From Oikopleura dioica (lineage: Eukaryota; Animalia; Chordata): a DNA stretch of 64,000 bases. The position numbers and the translations under genes are program-made. Within the stretch, counting starts at the first letter, position 1, and every line of letters begins with the position of its first letter. The notes below the pieces were generated by a model that had not been told where the DNA came from, searched no databases, and saw only the letters and a list, made by a program, of their open reading frames with translations. Of this stretch, positions 42,678 to 56,200 are shown piece by piece. The stretch covers positions 1,054,001 to 1,118,000 of the forward strand of contig OU015569.1 in assembly GCA_907165135.1 (NCBI GenBank), read 5' to 3'.

Positions 42678-43051
42678 GGAGGTAGATATCAAGAATCGCC
42701 ATATTCTGTCAGACAGTTCTCCCAAAGTTAAAATAGTAACACCCTTATTTTTCTTTGGAAACAAGAACTTTAGACCTTTCTCTTTTTCCTATGGAAGCTG
42801 AAATTTCGAATTTCAAAAAATTTTAGCAAAATTTTTCGTCACAGATTTCCTAAAATGGTCATTTTGACGACAATCGGAGGTGCCAGATTTGCATTGTAGC
42901 ACCTTGAAAGCTCAAGAGATCTTAATTTTTGGCTTCCATAGGAAAAAGATAATTGCCTGAAATAAATTTTGAGCAGAAAAATTAAGGGGGTCACTATGTT
43001 AAAAATTTGAGAAATCACTGACGGGATATCCAATTCTTGATATTTACTCCC
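42678..43051. mobile_element. TTAA MITE family C
   Basis: TTAA 42674-42677 and 43052-43055; ggaggtagatatcaagaat / attcttgatatttactccc. Confidence 0.85.
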
Positions 43052-43055
43052 TTAA

Positions 43056-43733
43056 GGGGGTAGTCCTCGCTTTTGAAAAAATCGGAATTTTCAAATTTTC
43101 TTAGCGGATTCTGAAAGCTTGTTAGAAGAGCTGAAATATTTGTGTTGATCATTTTTCCCAAATGTAAGAGGAAAAACCCGAAAGTCGCACTTGAAAAGTG
43201 AGATTGTGATGAAAAATTTGAAAAACTCGAATTTTTTTGTCAATTTTACCCATAGATATAGCTTTATTTCGAATTTAAATGACCTCTTGATAATAAAAAT
43301 AATAAATAAAATGTCGATTATTAGGATAATTTAGTATAAATCTTCCTAAAAAACTTATTTTATCAAGATTTTGAGACCCAACCTTTGATTGATGGCATTA
43401 CATTATGACTTTTTGGATTTTTTTTATTTCCCTTAATTCAAACCTAGACGAAGGTATGAACTTTCAAAAAATTCAATTAGTTAAAATTTTTGAAACATCC
43501 TCTTGAATTTAGGCGCGTTTGAAAATAGGCCAAAATGGCGATTTCGCCCGGGGTAGGTTCGATTATCGCCCTCTAACTCCTTAAGCGGGCGAATAAAATT
43601 TTTTCCGTGAATTCAAACTTTCATCAGGGTTCGACCTTTCTATTCATAAAGTTTTTATCCCTCAACCCCAGCGCAAATTTGTGGGAGCGCTGTTCAAAAA
43701 GTGCCGAGATCGCAAAAAGCAGGGACTACCTCC
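43056..43733. mobile_element. TTAA MITE abutting family C copy (shared TTAA)
   Basis: gggggtagtcctcgctttt / aaaaagcagggactacctcc then TTAA 43734-43737. Confidence 0.7.
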
Positions 43734-44496
43734 TTAAAAGACTGAAAGGAGCAAACAAGTACAGGAAATGGCGCGAACGGCTTAAGTATTCTTCAGCAAC
43801 GATTCCTAATCCTGGCGGTGGGAGAGTACGCTCCAACATTTTAGAGCTCTGTATCGACGTATACTTGAGACGGTTTTCCTGTTGTGTCTCTGCAAGCAAC
43901 TCATAACATCAAAACAAAACGACGAACTAGCTTTTCAGAAAGAATCGTAAACATCACAACAAAAATGAGCGTCGCTCTGACTCCTTAAAACTTTCTATTA
44001 AAAAGATAACGCTAAAAACTGCTAGAATTTATGCTTTATCCAAAGATCAGCGCGTTCGCTATTCAACTATTTTGATTGCGCATAAAAAGGGTTAATCGGA
44101 GCTAACCTTTCAACACGTTTCCTTTTTTCAAAACCATCAAATATGGGAAATTGAGAAAGGGGCTTGAAGGAACGAGGAGCCGCTTGTATAATCTGGCGTA
44201 ATTTATTTTTGGTTTGGAGAGCGAGGGATTATTCCTAAAATGCAAACAGCTTGTGAGTCTCCCGAAGTACTCGCCCGGAAGTATTCGCCAAAGCGGGAAC
44301 ACCCTCGAACGAAAAGCCCTTCTTATAAAGAGCATAAAACGGGCCCGTTTCATCCGGGAGGGTTTCCTTGTAGCTAATTGCCTTTTTCGCCTAGGTAGTT
44401 TTGGGAGCATTGTATAATTGGCTTGTACGGTAAACAGGAAAAATACGGTCTTTAGGTGCCCAACACCAGTTGGGCTTGAATTAGCAGACTCTCAGG

Positions 44497-44624
44497 CAGG
44501 GCTGGATAATTTGAAATCAACACAAATCTGAACACCCGAAAAGGTCCTATTGACCAATCAGGATGGCCAAATTCCCGAAATATGGGTGTTGAGATTTGTG
44601 TTGATTTCAAATTATCCAGCCCTG
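44497..44624. mobile_element. Small MITE with CAGGG-starting 41-bp TIRs
   Basis: cagggctggataatttgaaatcaacacaaatctgaacaccc / gggtgttgagatttgtgttgatttcaaattatccagccctg; TSD not evident. Confidence 0.7.
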
Positions 44625-47448
44625 AGAGTCTCAGGAAGAAATGAAAGGGCGAGATTCGACCCTGCGCTCTGCTGGTGTAAGTAAAGGTGTTTGGAACAAG
44701 AGAACACGCATAGACATAGTGTGCAGTTATGAGCTCTAGAAGATGGGAAACGTGGCGCTGTGCAACTTGCTTGAACCGAATTTTAGCACTTGTGAGTTGC
44801 TCATACTATGAGAACCAGTGCAATTTTGTTAACATGGCATTAATAAAAACCCCGAGAAAAATGGGGGTCGCCATTGATAGCGTTTGCCCCTGACCGCTGC
44901 TAGGGCTAGGGCTTTTTATTTTGATTCCCACGTTCCGAAAGTATCCAAAACACTCGCTTAGACGAGCATAAGCAATTCAGCAAATATATAATAAAATTTA
45001 GGTACAAATCAATTTTGAGAAAATGAAGCAACTCGTGTCTCGTTTTTGCCCGATTTTCGATAATGATGATTCGATCACTTAGCATTTTTTGATGAATCAG
45101 GACTTTCTGATTGATTCAGAGACGTCTCTGTTTGCTTGGTCTTGTATATCCTGCGTATTTGATATCGCAGGCGACCTTTTCCTCGGAGGTCGATGCTCAT
45201 TATGCAAGGAATCGGCGGCGGCGGGGAAAACTCTGGGCGGAAATTCATGCCCTACAACGTGAATTTCCGATCGTGTAAAATGGGCTCCCAGTGGAACTCG
45301 CGCAACCTCGGCGAAAATATTTACTAGCATATCTTTCTGGATTTTGCTTCTGGGTTCAATCACTGTCGACTTCTGCCCAGAACAGCTTCTAAAATCTCTC
45401 CAAAATCTAAAAACTCCCTGGTGGCGGCGTTGGTGGAGGAAGTTTAATCGTAGACTTTGCTCCTTGGGGAACCAGGAAGAACCTCCAGAGCTAGTGGGTG
45501 AGCTCTTCGTCAATTTGGGGTTTTTCTAAGCGGGTATTGCTCGAACTGACCTTCACAAATATACAAATAATACAAGCATTTACAAACATACAAACAATCA
45601 TAGATCGAGCGGCGCCCTGAAGATTCTTGAACTTGTCCAGGAATCGATGCCAAATGACAGATTTATTTTGAATTTTCCTAAACGCCTCGTCTTGGCCCAC
45701 TAAACCAAGCTATCCCCATTCAGGCTCGACAAGAATCGGAATATATTCAGAGTTTTCACAACTACAGTAATTCACCGCAGCCGCGGGCTCTTCTATTGCA
45801 CCTTTTTTGTTGATCATTTGGCTATTTTGAGCCGCTATTTTGAGCAGGTTCTGTTAATTTCTGACGAATCCACTATTCAATATCATCAATTACAAGGAAT
45901 TGCGTAGTTAAGACAAACAAATCTAAGATAGATAGCTAGATAGTAACGAGAAGTTACGATTATAGCGTTCGATCGCGTACTTTTGGTCGATTTTAGCGCC
46001 ACCATTTTTTACGGCGCCGTTTTTACGCGGTGGTGGTGCTCGCGGGGCGCGCGTTTTCACGTTTTTACAAGAGTACAGAAAGTAATTAACGAAGGAGTAA
46101 ACAGTGACTTCTTCCCATACAACGAATATTCCATCCCTTTTTTCTATTTCGAAACGCACCAAAAAACTACGAGCTTAATAAACCACGAGAGTAAATAATA
46201 ATCACGAAGTATCTGAAGAAGAAAATATAAATTACAAAAAAAGAGACTTTGAAAACTCCAGTCAACCCTTCTTTTCTGGCGAAGAAAGGTAATTCAAGAA
46301 TATAAAAAAATGACCAAAAAATGACCAAAAAATGACGAAAAATATTTTAAATAAATTAAAATCAACCTTGACACTTGACTTCATGTTTTAAAGACAAAAT
46401 AATTTTAATAATAATAAATTTTAATAAAAATATTTTTTTACTTTCATCCTGCAATGATGCATATTTTTGTTATCAAGCGCGGAGGGTATAATTTTCTAAA
46501 GATTGATGAAAGCGGAGCGTTTTAAAAGCCAGGGGAAAATAATTGATTAATCTGGCTTCTTCCACTAACATGTTATCTGTCTCCACGTTGGCTGTCAAAC
46601 GATTGAAGCTGTCACTAGCTAATCCGGAAAGCGAAGACTTTAAATTGCCCCTTCCAATCGAGCGCGTTGAATCTAAGCCTGGCTTCTAGAGTTCGTTTCG
46701 AGGATTCCTCAGCTCGGTTAGAAAAGCTTTGCGCGCGAGCATTCGACCACAGCGCTCAACCAGAAATTAGGTGTTTGGGTGATATGACCGTAACAAGGCG
46801 AGAAGAAAGAAGGAAAAAGAAGAAACCGCTAATTCAGGGGAGAGGAGCGCAAGAAATTAATTCACTCGACTGGCCCTTGTTTACACCTACCAGGAAGGGG
46901 GATTTATTTGCGGAAGCAAGTCTCTTCTGCTCCTAAAAAGTTGAAGTGTGGCAAAATGCACGAGCAGAAGAGGCACACTTCCGCGAGGACGCCCTTTCCG
47001 GACATCACTAAGGCTTCGTTTTTTACGCATATTCACGCGTTTTCATCTCCATTTCTTGCTGAAGTCCCTTTCGAAATCATTTCATTTCGCCAATTTCAGA
47101 TAAATCATTCTCTCGGAGGAAGGATTTTACGTAAAGAGAGGAGTCGTTTAAGTCCTCAAAGCCGCTTTTTTAGTATTATTTTAGGGAGAGTAAAACAAGC
47201 ACGGGCGGAAAAAGGGGGGGCTCGCGCAATTGCCTCGTAATAAACATGGAGAGTTTGTTGCAAATACGATTTTCATTAATTGCACGTTACGGGTTGTAAT
47301 TCCACTTAATCGAATTTACTAATAATTGCAGTCAAATCAAGAGCACGTCAAATCAAACACGCCACTGATAATAGTCAAAATAGCTCTTTGATCGTTACGA
47401 AAAAACAAATGTAATAGACAAAGAGTAGTTCTTTCAATCTTCCAATCC

Positions 47449-47615
47449 GTAGAGAGGGGTTATCATTCGAGCCATCCAGTATCTCTAGAATCTTGGCTAA
47501 TGGTTAGGGTTAGGGACTGGGAACCCTTAGGGGGTCCGGGGGCTAAGCCCCTCGTTTAGGCCTTAGGTGGGGGTCCCGGGGGGTTAGGGGCAGCTCGAAT
47601 GATAACCCCTTCTAC
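47449..47615. mobile_element. MITE with TTAGGG-like and G-tract interior, copy 2
   Basis: TIR gtagagaggggttatcattcgagc / gctcgaatgataaccccttctac; interior ggttagggttagggac and several G4-G6 runs. Confidence 0.75.
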
Positions 47616-48618
47616 CTTCGAATCGGCTAGTGGGACAAGATCGTTCCTACTTGAGTTGTGCTCTTGCGCGGTGTGTCTTCACTGAAGCCTATCTCCGCCA
47701 GATAAAAGATGTTCTTTTTTCTCAATCAGTGTCATCCCTTTGCTATCGCCAAACAACTATCGCGCCCTAAAGAGTAATTACCAACTTGATTTTTCATCAT
47801 ATTCAGCAAAGAGAGATGGATCCGCTAATACTGTATCAACTAAAGTGCTTCTTCGCTTTTGCCTCTTTCCCTTCTTGTTATCTCGCTCTTCCCAAATAAG
47901 CTAGAAATAGAATTAGTCTTCCTAAGCGAATTTTGAGCAAGTATTTGCGAGGCGTTATCATTTGGGTACTTACCCACTGATAAAAAGACAAATCCGATTT
48001 CCTACTGAATTCGTCATTGCCCGCCCCAGAGACTCATTTTCTCCAAATCGCGGAGTTTTAAAATATTTTTCAAAATTTCGTCAAAATGGAATTTCCCTCG
48101 AGCCATCCTTTTCCCTACCTTTTGATGACGATTGAGTCAAACATCATTACTTACAGAGAGGGTCGTTTGGAGCCTCGTCCATGGAGCACGGGTTAAAGAC
48201 TTCCGCACCCGTTCCCATTTAGAACCTTCTCCTCCTCATCTTCATAATATCTGAGGACGGTATTACTTCCGTGTTTTGTAACTGGCCACTTTATTCAACG
48301 TTTCTAAGCGGATATTCCACAAAACGCCAAATATTTTCAATCCAAACACTTTTTACTTCTTTAATTTTCTACTTCTATTGTCAATCCAAACACAGAAAAG
48401 ATAAAAAGCAAAATTGGGGATTGCATTTTGTTTTTTTCTAGTTTGAAGGAACTGGCTGTTCCTTTGGAATGCTCCTTTAGATTGAATAAACTGAAGACAG
48501 GATGACTGGTTATTCAATTTATGTTTCGTGATAGGAGATTTTATCTGTTAATATGGAGGAAATGGCCTCAAGGACATAGCACGTTGGCTACTCGAGTACT
48601 CAGCTACCGCGGTGCCAA

Positions 48619-48854
48619 CTGGGCTCGGCAGCCTGAGTAAAAAACCTGAGTCAGGCTCTGAAAAAGCGAAAATGAAAAGCCGCATAGCGGCTTTTTTAAA
48701 AACAAAGCCGTGAAGCGCCTTCGCCAGAAGTTCAAGATAGGTATTCTTGCGAAGCCATTTTGCGGCTTCGTTTTTGAAAAAGCCGCTACGCCACTTTTCA
48801 TTTTCACTTTTTCAGAGCCTGACTCAGGTTTTTTACTCAGGCTGCCGAGCCCAG
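48619..48854. mobile_element. hAT-like palindromic MITE family B, copy 3
   Basis: Perfect 8-bp TSD ggtgccaa (48611-48618, 48855-48862); TIR ctgggctcggcagcctgagt. Confidence 0.9.
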
Positions 48855-51624
48855 GGTGCCAACTGTATCCCTGTACTTACTGTACAATCAGATCCGAGAA
48901 ACTGTATTTTGCGTTACTCTCTGCATGCCATTGAATTTCGATGGGCGCAGGGGAGGGCGAAATTCTCGAAAAGGCACTTGTGGCGTAGAATAAAGGCGAA
49001 AATTTGCATCTCAAGAATGCGTCTTTTCAAAAAAGTACTTTTTTTTGCGAAATACATTTTTGAAAAAATGAATCTCGAAAATGCTCGCAAGCAAAACCGC
49101 GAAATAGTTACTTTAGCGAACGTTCCTTTCCGGAACGATGCGCTGCCTGATAAAAATGACCATAAAAAGTATCAAGGGAAATTATCTCTTGCAAAAATGT
49201 TATTCGACGGTCGAGATAAAACTCGATCAAGTTAAGGTGAAAACGTGTTTTATAATAACGTAGTCTCTCTTTCCGTTAATGAAATTATTAATTTGGAGCA
49301 TTTTTTGAGTTGGAGCGCGCCACTTTGTTCAAGTTCATAGCGACTATAAAACTTACACGCTAGTTCTAGTGCTAATTAGTAATTACGGAAACGTGAATCC
49401 AAAAAAGAGTCTGTTGTAGCGGAATTGAATCAGGACCTGCCCATGTGAGTTCATCCGAAAGGGAGAATACTTGGGCAAATTCCTGGCCCTAGGTCGGGTT
49501 CACGTGGCTAAGAGATTCCGTCTTCGATGATCTAAAAACTCTCTCTTTGTCAGGCTGCTTCGCTTGCAATTATAACTGTACGGTAAGAGAGAGAGAAGGA
49601 GAGATAGAGTCAATCAAGAAGCTGATGCATGTTGAGTCTTGCTCCCTTCCGGACGCGAGGCAGGTTTCTTGTTATAACAATAAGTGGCATACTTTTCGCC
49701 GTTTGGCAGTTGTGAATCCGCGTTATTCAAGAGACTGCTTGTTGAATCTGAATCGATTTTCCGAGATCACCTCCGCCCGTTCACAACCAAGCCTCGAGTG
49801 CATATTCTTCGCCAAACGGTCATTTCGAATAATCTCTTTTCCTACAATTACGGCAACTAAGAAGCAACTGCCGGCTTTGGAAATTCTAGCGAATCTAATC
49901 GAAAAGCCTATGCGTTGTTATTTTGCCCAGGAAGCGATAAAGCACGCTTATACAAGTCGTATGGAACTGGTAAAGCTTCTAAGGGTAAAGCAGGAAGTGA
50001 TACAAATCACTCGCTCCGTGGGAGTACCTCTCAAAGCGCGCTATGTTGGAAATTTCCATTTTCTTTTCTGTTTGGCGCGAGCGATGTGAGACTGGCTGCA
50101 GGAGCAAACAAGCTCTAACGACTGCGAAGAATGTCCCGTCACGGCTTCTTCGAGTGTGATAAACCCTGGCACCTCCCTTTCTCTAAAACTCTTAGCTCAG
50201 AGCAAACACGACTACGAGCAGTCCAGCAGAGAGATAAACTTTCGCCCTTGTTATTGTTCTGATAGCTTCTCAGTAATCATGAAGTTTAATCCCTTATAAC
50301 ATATAAGCTGTACTCTAGTCAAGCCTATATTGTGTGTGGCGAATTGAAGATTGGCACCTTTAAGACGAGCTAATTGTAGTCTCAAACTGGCCAAGTAAGT
50401 CGCGTAAAATCAAATATTAAGCACGTTGGAGCTTTCGCACGTGCCAAGCTATTCTCGGAAAATAATCCTTCGACAAAATTGACGAGCAAACAAGTATTTT
50501 CTCATTACTGGTTGATTATTGAGTTATCTCAGAGAGGCGCACTCATGAGACTGTACTCTTCATATACCGATGATAGCAGCTCAAATCCGGGGTTACGCCG
50601 CCACTAAGAGAATCCTGTCTTGTGATTGGCTGACAGGATAACCTGTTCGCCATCTGTGGCGAACAGCTTCAAATCCCGGGCAAAGGCCTGCTATCCTCGG
50701 TATTTCGGTTCGGCGCATTTCCGGCCCTCGAGCTTGGCGATGTGAACGAACGTGAGGTCACTCTTTGCGGTGTGTCATTTTTTACTCGAGTTTAATGCTC
50801 ATTTTTCTGTCCACGAGCGGAAATAGCACTCGAATTCCCCAAGAATTCGCCCTTATTTTCGATTCTTGAGGTCCCCTTAATTACCAGTAAAGCTACATGC
50901 CTTTCTCCATTTACTTGTCAGGCGCCGCGCACCTGGATATTTTGTTTTGTCGCCGCCTCATTAGTAGTGAAATTTATTAGCGAGAATAGCGTCACTAGAA
51001 TTTCTAGGAAAGGGTAAGAGCTCTCTCTCGTAACGTGTGCCCAGAAGATGGATTTTTGGGTAATCCATGTTCGTATCTGATCGCTTTATAAAAGAAAATT
51101 TCAAGGGAGTGTGGAGAATTAATCCGATCGGTGACAAAAGGGACGTTCTAAGAGGCTTCAGAATATCCGATGAAAAACATTATCTCTAGCAGAGAGAGAG
51201 AGAGAGGGCCGCTCTCTAACCGTAACCTAATGCAGCGATTGAGAGATAAACACAAACTCCTGTATATTCACTGCTTTGGCGTTTCCGCCTTTAGAATGCA
51301 AATATTTCGATTTTGAATATTTTGACAGGAAGAAAAAGTTCAAAGTCGCCCCTGAGTTGGAATGCTTCCCCGGCGACGAGACGCAGTAAAAAAGCGCTTG
51401 CTCAACTGTAAATCCGGCTGCCCGTGCTCCGGACAAATTATTTTTTATCTCTTGGACTGCGGATTTCACTTTGAAAGCGGACATCTGTCACTGCATCTTC
51501 CGACATTATGATTGATGCCGTTATGTTTGCCAAAGCCATTTAAGATATTGAGATTGCTCAGAACTCGCTTACATCATGAAAGGATGGGACACCTTTGCTA
51601 AAGATCAAGAGGACTTCTGTGGCC

Positions 51625-51809
51625 CTAACATCGGCAACCTGGATAGAAAACCTGAGTCAGGATTCTCAAAGAGTTAAAATAATTCATTGAGTTGGTAACT
51701 TTGGCGAAGCCGCTTCGCGGCTTCGTTTAAAAAAAAGCCGCTACGCGGCTTTTCATTTTACTCTTTGAGAACCCTGACTCAGGTTTTCTACTCAGGTTGC
51801 CGAGCCCAG
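51625..51809. mobile_element. hAT-like palindromic MITE family B, copy 4
   Basis: tcggcaacctggatagaaaacctgagtcagg / cctgactcaggttttctactcaggttgccgagcccag; left end degenerate. Confidence 0.8.
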
Positions 51810-53253
51810 CTTTTATCGGAGTGGTCTAAAATGCCACGAGAAGTGTGATAATGCTTTCTTTCCATAAATATATGTCGACGAGTACAGGTAGCTAATGGTA
51901 GCTATCTATGCTCTGTTGTGGTGATTACGGCATCTGGAAGCGACCGCTGCCCTCTTGTCATACGGCATTTTGTCTTGAGAGTGTCGTTGAATAATACGCA
52001 TACAAATTTCTCCTTCCATTCTGTTTTGCTCGTATTTTCTTATTAGCGGTCTCAAGGGCGCAAAGTCCTCCAGCGCGAACTCGGGAAAGGAGAAAGCGAA
52101 TGAGTTTGCACCCCGGAGTAGCTCATTAATTCGACTGTACTGTAGCGCGAGGCCTAAATCCAGAAAGCTGCTAAGTGAAAGTAACTGCGCTAAGGGTTGA
52201 ACATGGGGCGGGTTCATTTGACTAAGTAGCGCGGAAACGTGGAAATTTGTAATTTCTTCGATTCGCCGCTACGTGAATGAGCTTTGAGGCCATTATCAGT
52301 TCAACACGGCAGCATTGGCTAAGCGGGTATTAGAATTCATAGGACCTTATCGCGCGTTTTACTTGATTAATTAAGCTGTAAATTCTGGGCGATAACAGAC
52401 GAAGAACAAAAGCCTCATTCCCCCGACTCTAGATCGCATTATCGCAAGCACTTTCTTGTTACATAATCCTCAACACGTTCCTTTCGTAGGAAGCCGTCGA
52501 GAAAGGGCTTCTTTTTAGGATTAAGCAGATGAAGATCTTTCTTAAGCTCTCCAAAATATCCTCCGCAAAGGTTCCCATCAATTACCTTCCCCCTTCAAGG
52601 ACTATTTGGCTCAATGTTAGAGGACTTTTTTTTGTATTATTGACCTAGTAGGAGGCCTTCTTAAAGAAGTAAATTATACCGTTTCATCATTTTCCGAAAT
52701 CTCTAAAATAAAAAAGAGACGCTTTCCAAAATTGAAGAGTCTCTTTTAGAACATTTTTCAACAAACAGGTTATAAAGTGATAAAGTTATAAAGTTTTAAT
52801 CTTGAGGCTGCACAGTAGAATCTATGTTTGGCAGATATACGCGATTGGTTTATAAGCGAGGACACATTTGTTTAAAATGTGGCCCCGCCATGCACTCGTA
52901 CCACTCACAGACGCTTTCTAACTGTGCTTCTTGATGATGCTACCGGGTAGCTGCCCGGTCGAAGTCAAGTGTCTGTTTTGCGCCTTATCTATCTTCTGTA
53001 TTATTTCTAAAGGCGTCTATTTCAGGATTGAGGCAAATGGCGTAACGATTCTACGTGGCGAGCGTTCAACCTCTTGATCGAAGAGCGAATACAAGAAGAG
53101 GTTTGAACCGTGGGTAACCTACCAGTCTAATTTGCGACTGAACATTTGTCGAATTCACTTGGCTCTTGGTCGAGTCGCGCCGGATAACCATTGTACCTGG
53201 CACGCTATAAACCGCATTTGTTCAGAAAACAAAGCACTACAAGCATTACTGTT

Positions 53254-56200
53254 ATGTCCACGGTAAGGCAGTATATAACGCTCCCGAGAGCGTACGATCT
53301 CTCTCCCAAAGCGACCGCCTATCCGCTGAAAACCATCTCCAATGGCAGCAGCAACGCGCAAAAGCCGCAATTTAAGGTAAAAAAATGATTGAAAATAGAC
53401 AACAACTTTTTTTTGGGAAATGCTCGAACTGCCTAGAATTTGATAATTAAGCGGTGTGTTCGGGAGGCCCATTTTCGGAATCTTATTTCGGAATTCCATC
53501 TAAGCCGGAGATGGCATTCGCAACAAGCGCCAATTTACTGTGCGAATGTCTCTCACGTGATCAAAGAGAGCGAGCAAGAGAGAAAGCAAATGTGCTCTAA
53601 AGAATATCTCGCTGCGTTATCAGTTCACTAGATATTCACTAACAGAAACGTGTTCCTCTCTCCGTGTGACAGCTTTCTCTTGAGCTTGACCTTAAAAAGA
53701 AGTTGAATATGCACATACTTATTCCAAGTTTGGGGCGGTGCTTTTTCTTCTCATCTGTTGTCATAACACATCATGCTCTTCTATTTGACACTGTTCAAGA
53801 ATAACTGTAAAATTGATTGATTCAGGTCGTGCTCACTAGCCGCAAACCCTCGCCATCGCCAAAGTCAAAAGTCGCGCCGTGCACTATCCCTTCCTCCGAG
53901 CAGTTCGCATCGGAGCTCCTTCAAAAGATCGCTAAGAACCCGAAAACAGTCAACATCCAGGTTTCCTCACGAAGCAAAAACTCACTAACCCCAGAATCCC
54001 AAACCTGTCGCCAGAGTCTAACCAGTGTTCAGGAATGTACAGAGCAGCTGATCGTGAGCAACATTACCAAGAAGTTTCGATCGCGAGCGCGTTTCCACAG
54101 AGTCCAGTCGTCCAAATCGAGCACGACGATGGCCCCGGAAGTCTACGCAAAGATGGATAATAACGAGGTAGAGCAAAGAGCGAGAAAGGGGCGAAAAATG
54201 GGAATGGTTTAATGGAGGAGCAGGTGTCGCCGATTTCGTAAATTCCGCGCTGATCATCGTAATTGAGTTTGGCTACTTTTCACGAAAGCGCTACTGGCCC
54301 AGCCGTTCCCTGGACAGATTATCTTCCTTTATCCCTGTCTGGCCTGGGCTGGGCGGAACCCTATTTGCTCCCTTGCAAAGTAAAATATCCGATTAAAGAG
54401 GGGCTAACAAGCGTGCGCATTTCTCGTCTGACCCTGCTCTAGAATTCAGTGGTGCTAAGCTCGAACATAATGTCGCCGTCGGCTTAAAAAACGCTCTCTT
54501 TGTAGCTTTTGGCCTAAATAAAGTCCTTAGACCTAATTGGAGGAACTTGTGTATTAACGTCAGCGCGACTTTTTGAGAATCCGCTTTGTCCCCTGTAGTA
54601 CACAAAAGACTACAACCGACGCGGTTTCAGGCAACGTGTGTCTCGTGGTTACCAGTTTTTCCACCGTAGATTGCCATAAATTTGCTGAAGCCAGGTTCTT
54701 CAAGAAACCTTATTAAAGAGCGAGTATCCCCAAAACACGCTTAAACATGCTTTTCTTTGTTTTGGCTATCATTTTTCTTTTTTGATAGTGATTAGGTGAA
54801 CGTATTTCTTTTTATTTCTAAATTTAATTTCAGGGGCTTGGCCGCGTTTGTGCTAAAACACAGTCGCACGTTCTTAGGTTTGGTAATAGACAATTTTTTG
54901 TTTTGGCAGTTTCGATTCTTATTCACTGTAGATTCTTCGGGGTAGAATTACGGAACAACTCCATCCCAGCGAGAAATTCAAGAGCAAGCCCTTGCCTTGT
55001 GACAAAGTTAGTAAAACATGAAATTGAATAATTAGAAACGTACTGTTGGGGATAAGTCTAGGCTCGGCAACCTGTGTTGAAAACCTGAGTCAGGGTCTGA
55101 AAGAACTGAAATGAAAAGCCGCGCAGCGGCTTATTTAAAACAGAAGCCGCAAAGCGGCTTCGCTAATAATATAATTTTAATCTGTCAAAAATTTTGGCGA
55201 AGCCGCTTTGCGGCTTCTGTTCTAAATAAGCCGCTGCGCGGCTTTTCATTTCAGTTCTTTCAGACCCTGAGTCAGGTTTTCTACACAGGTTGCCGAGCCC
55301 AGGGATAAACAGTCTGCTCGACAGGTCTCTGGCAGCTCAAGAGGAAAGCAAGTTGAAAAGGCAGTGTCGCGTTCATAGACATTGCGAATCATGCAACCAA
55401 CGATAAGCGCGCATTACAGATGCACTTACACATGCAATGATGAGGATGCGCGCGTGCGGATCCGCGTGCAGCCTTCTCAACCGGCTCAAAGTAGCTCAAA
55501 TGCAAGAGAGCGCCAGACGGGTGTACCCTTAAACGTTTCCTTTTTGAATATTTTACGGGAAATTCCAGCGCGCTCAACTTAGATCACCCGAGTTTCTAAT
55601 CGCCCATTCGCACTCGCGCAGCCCTTTTTTTAGAAAATTTAAAATTTCGACCCCGCGTCGACCTCACAATAACTGCCTGTTTGGGCATTCTAGCGGCGGA
55701 GTTTGTTGTTGCCGGAGCTGGAAAGTTAAACTGGTCGGACGGTACTTCTATTTCGTTCCATTTGCTCAAACAAATAGGGCCCGCTCGATTACTGAAGCTT
55801 GTGTAGTTATAATTACATGAGCTCCTTTTGATAAATTGGCCCTTGTGATTTTCCTTTCAAGCTGGGCCGGGCACTTGGGCCGGTTATGACGAGGAATGCG
55901 CCAGAATTGTCAATTTCGGCCGGCGCGGTTTCGCAGGTCCCTTTAGCGGTTTCGCGCTAAGGCGTGAATTTATTTTCTGTAGAAATTATTTGGAAGAGAT
56001 AAAACTATTTTTAAGGTTCATCCAGATAACTCGGCGGGTGTTTGAAAGTTGCACGTTTCGGACGCTTGGCGACGTAGATATGAACTTAGCGTCGCATGAG
56101 GGGTCGTGCCAGGTTTATTTGGAGCGTGAAAATACCCTCCTCCAAAATAATCGCCGCGCTGTTTTTGTTAAGTTTTTTCTAAGCTCCTTTAGAGCCTCTG

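Noticed and set aside
45097-45529. 138-aa - strand ORF and overlapping + strand ORF
   Set aside because: No motif, no splice context and no ATG start; cannot be supported as coding.
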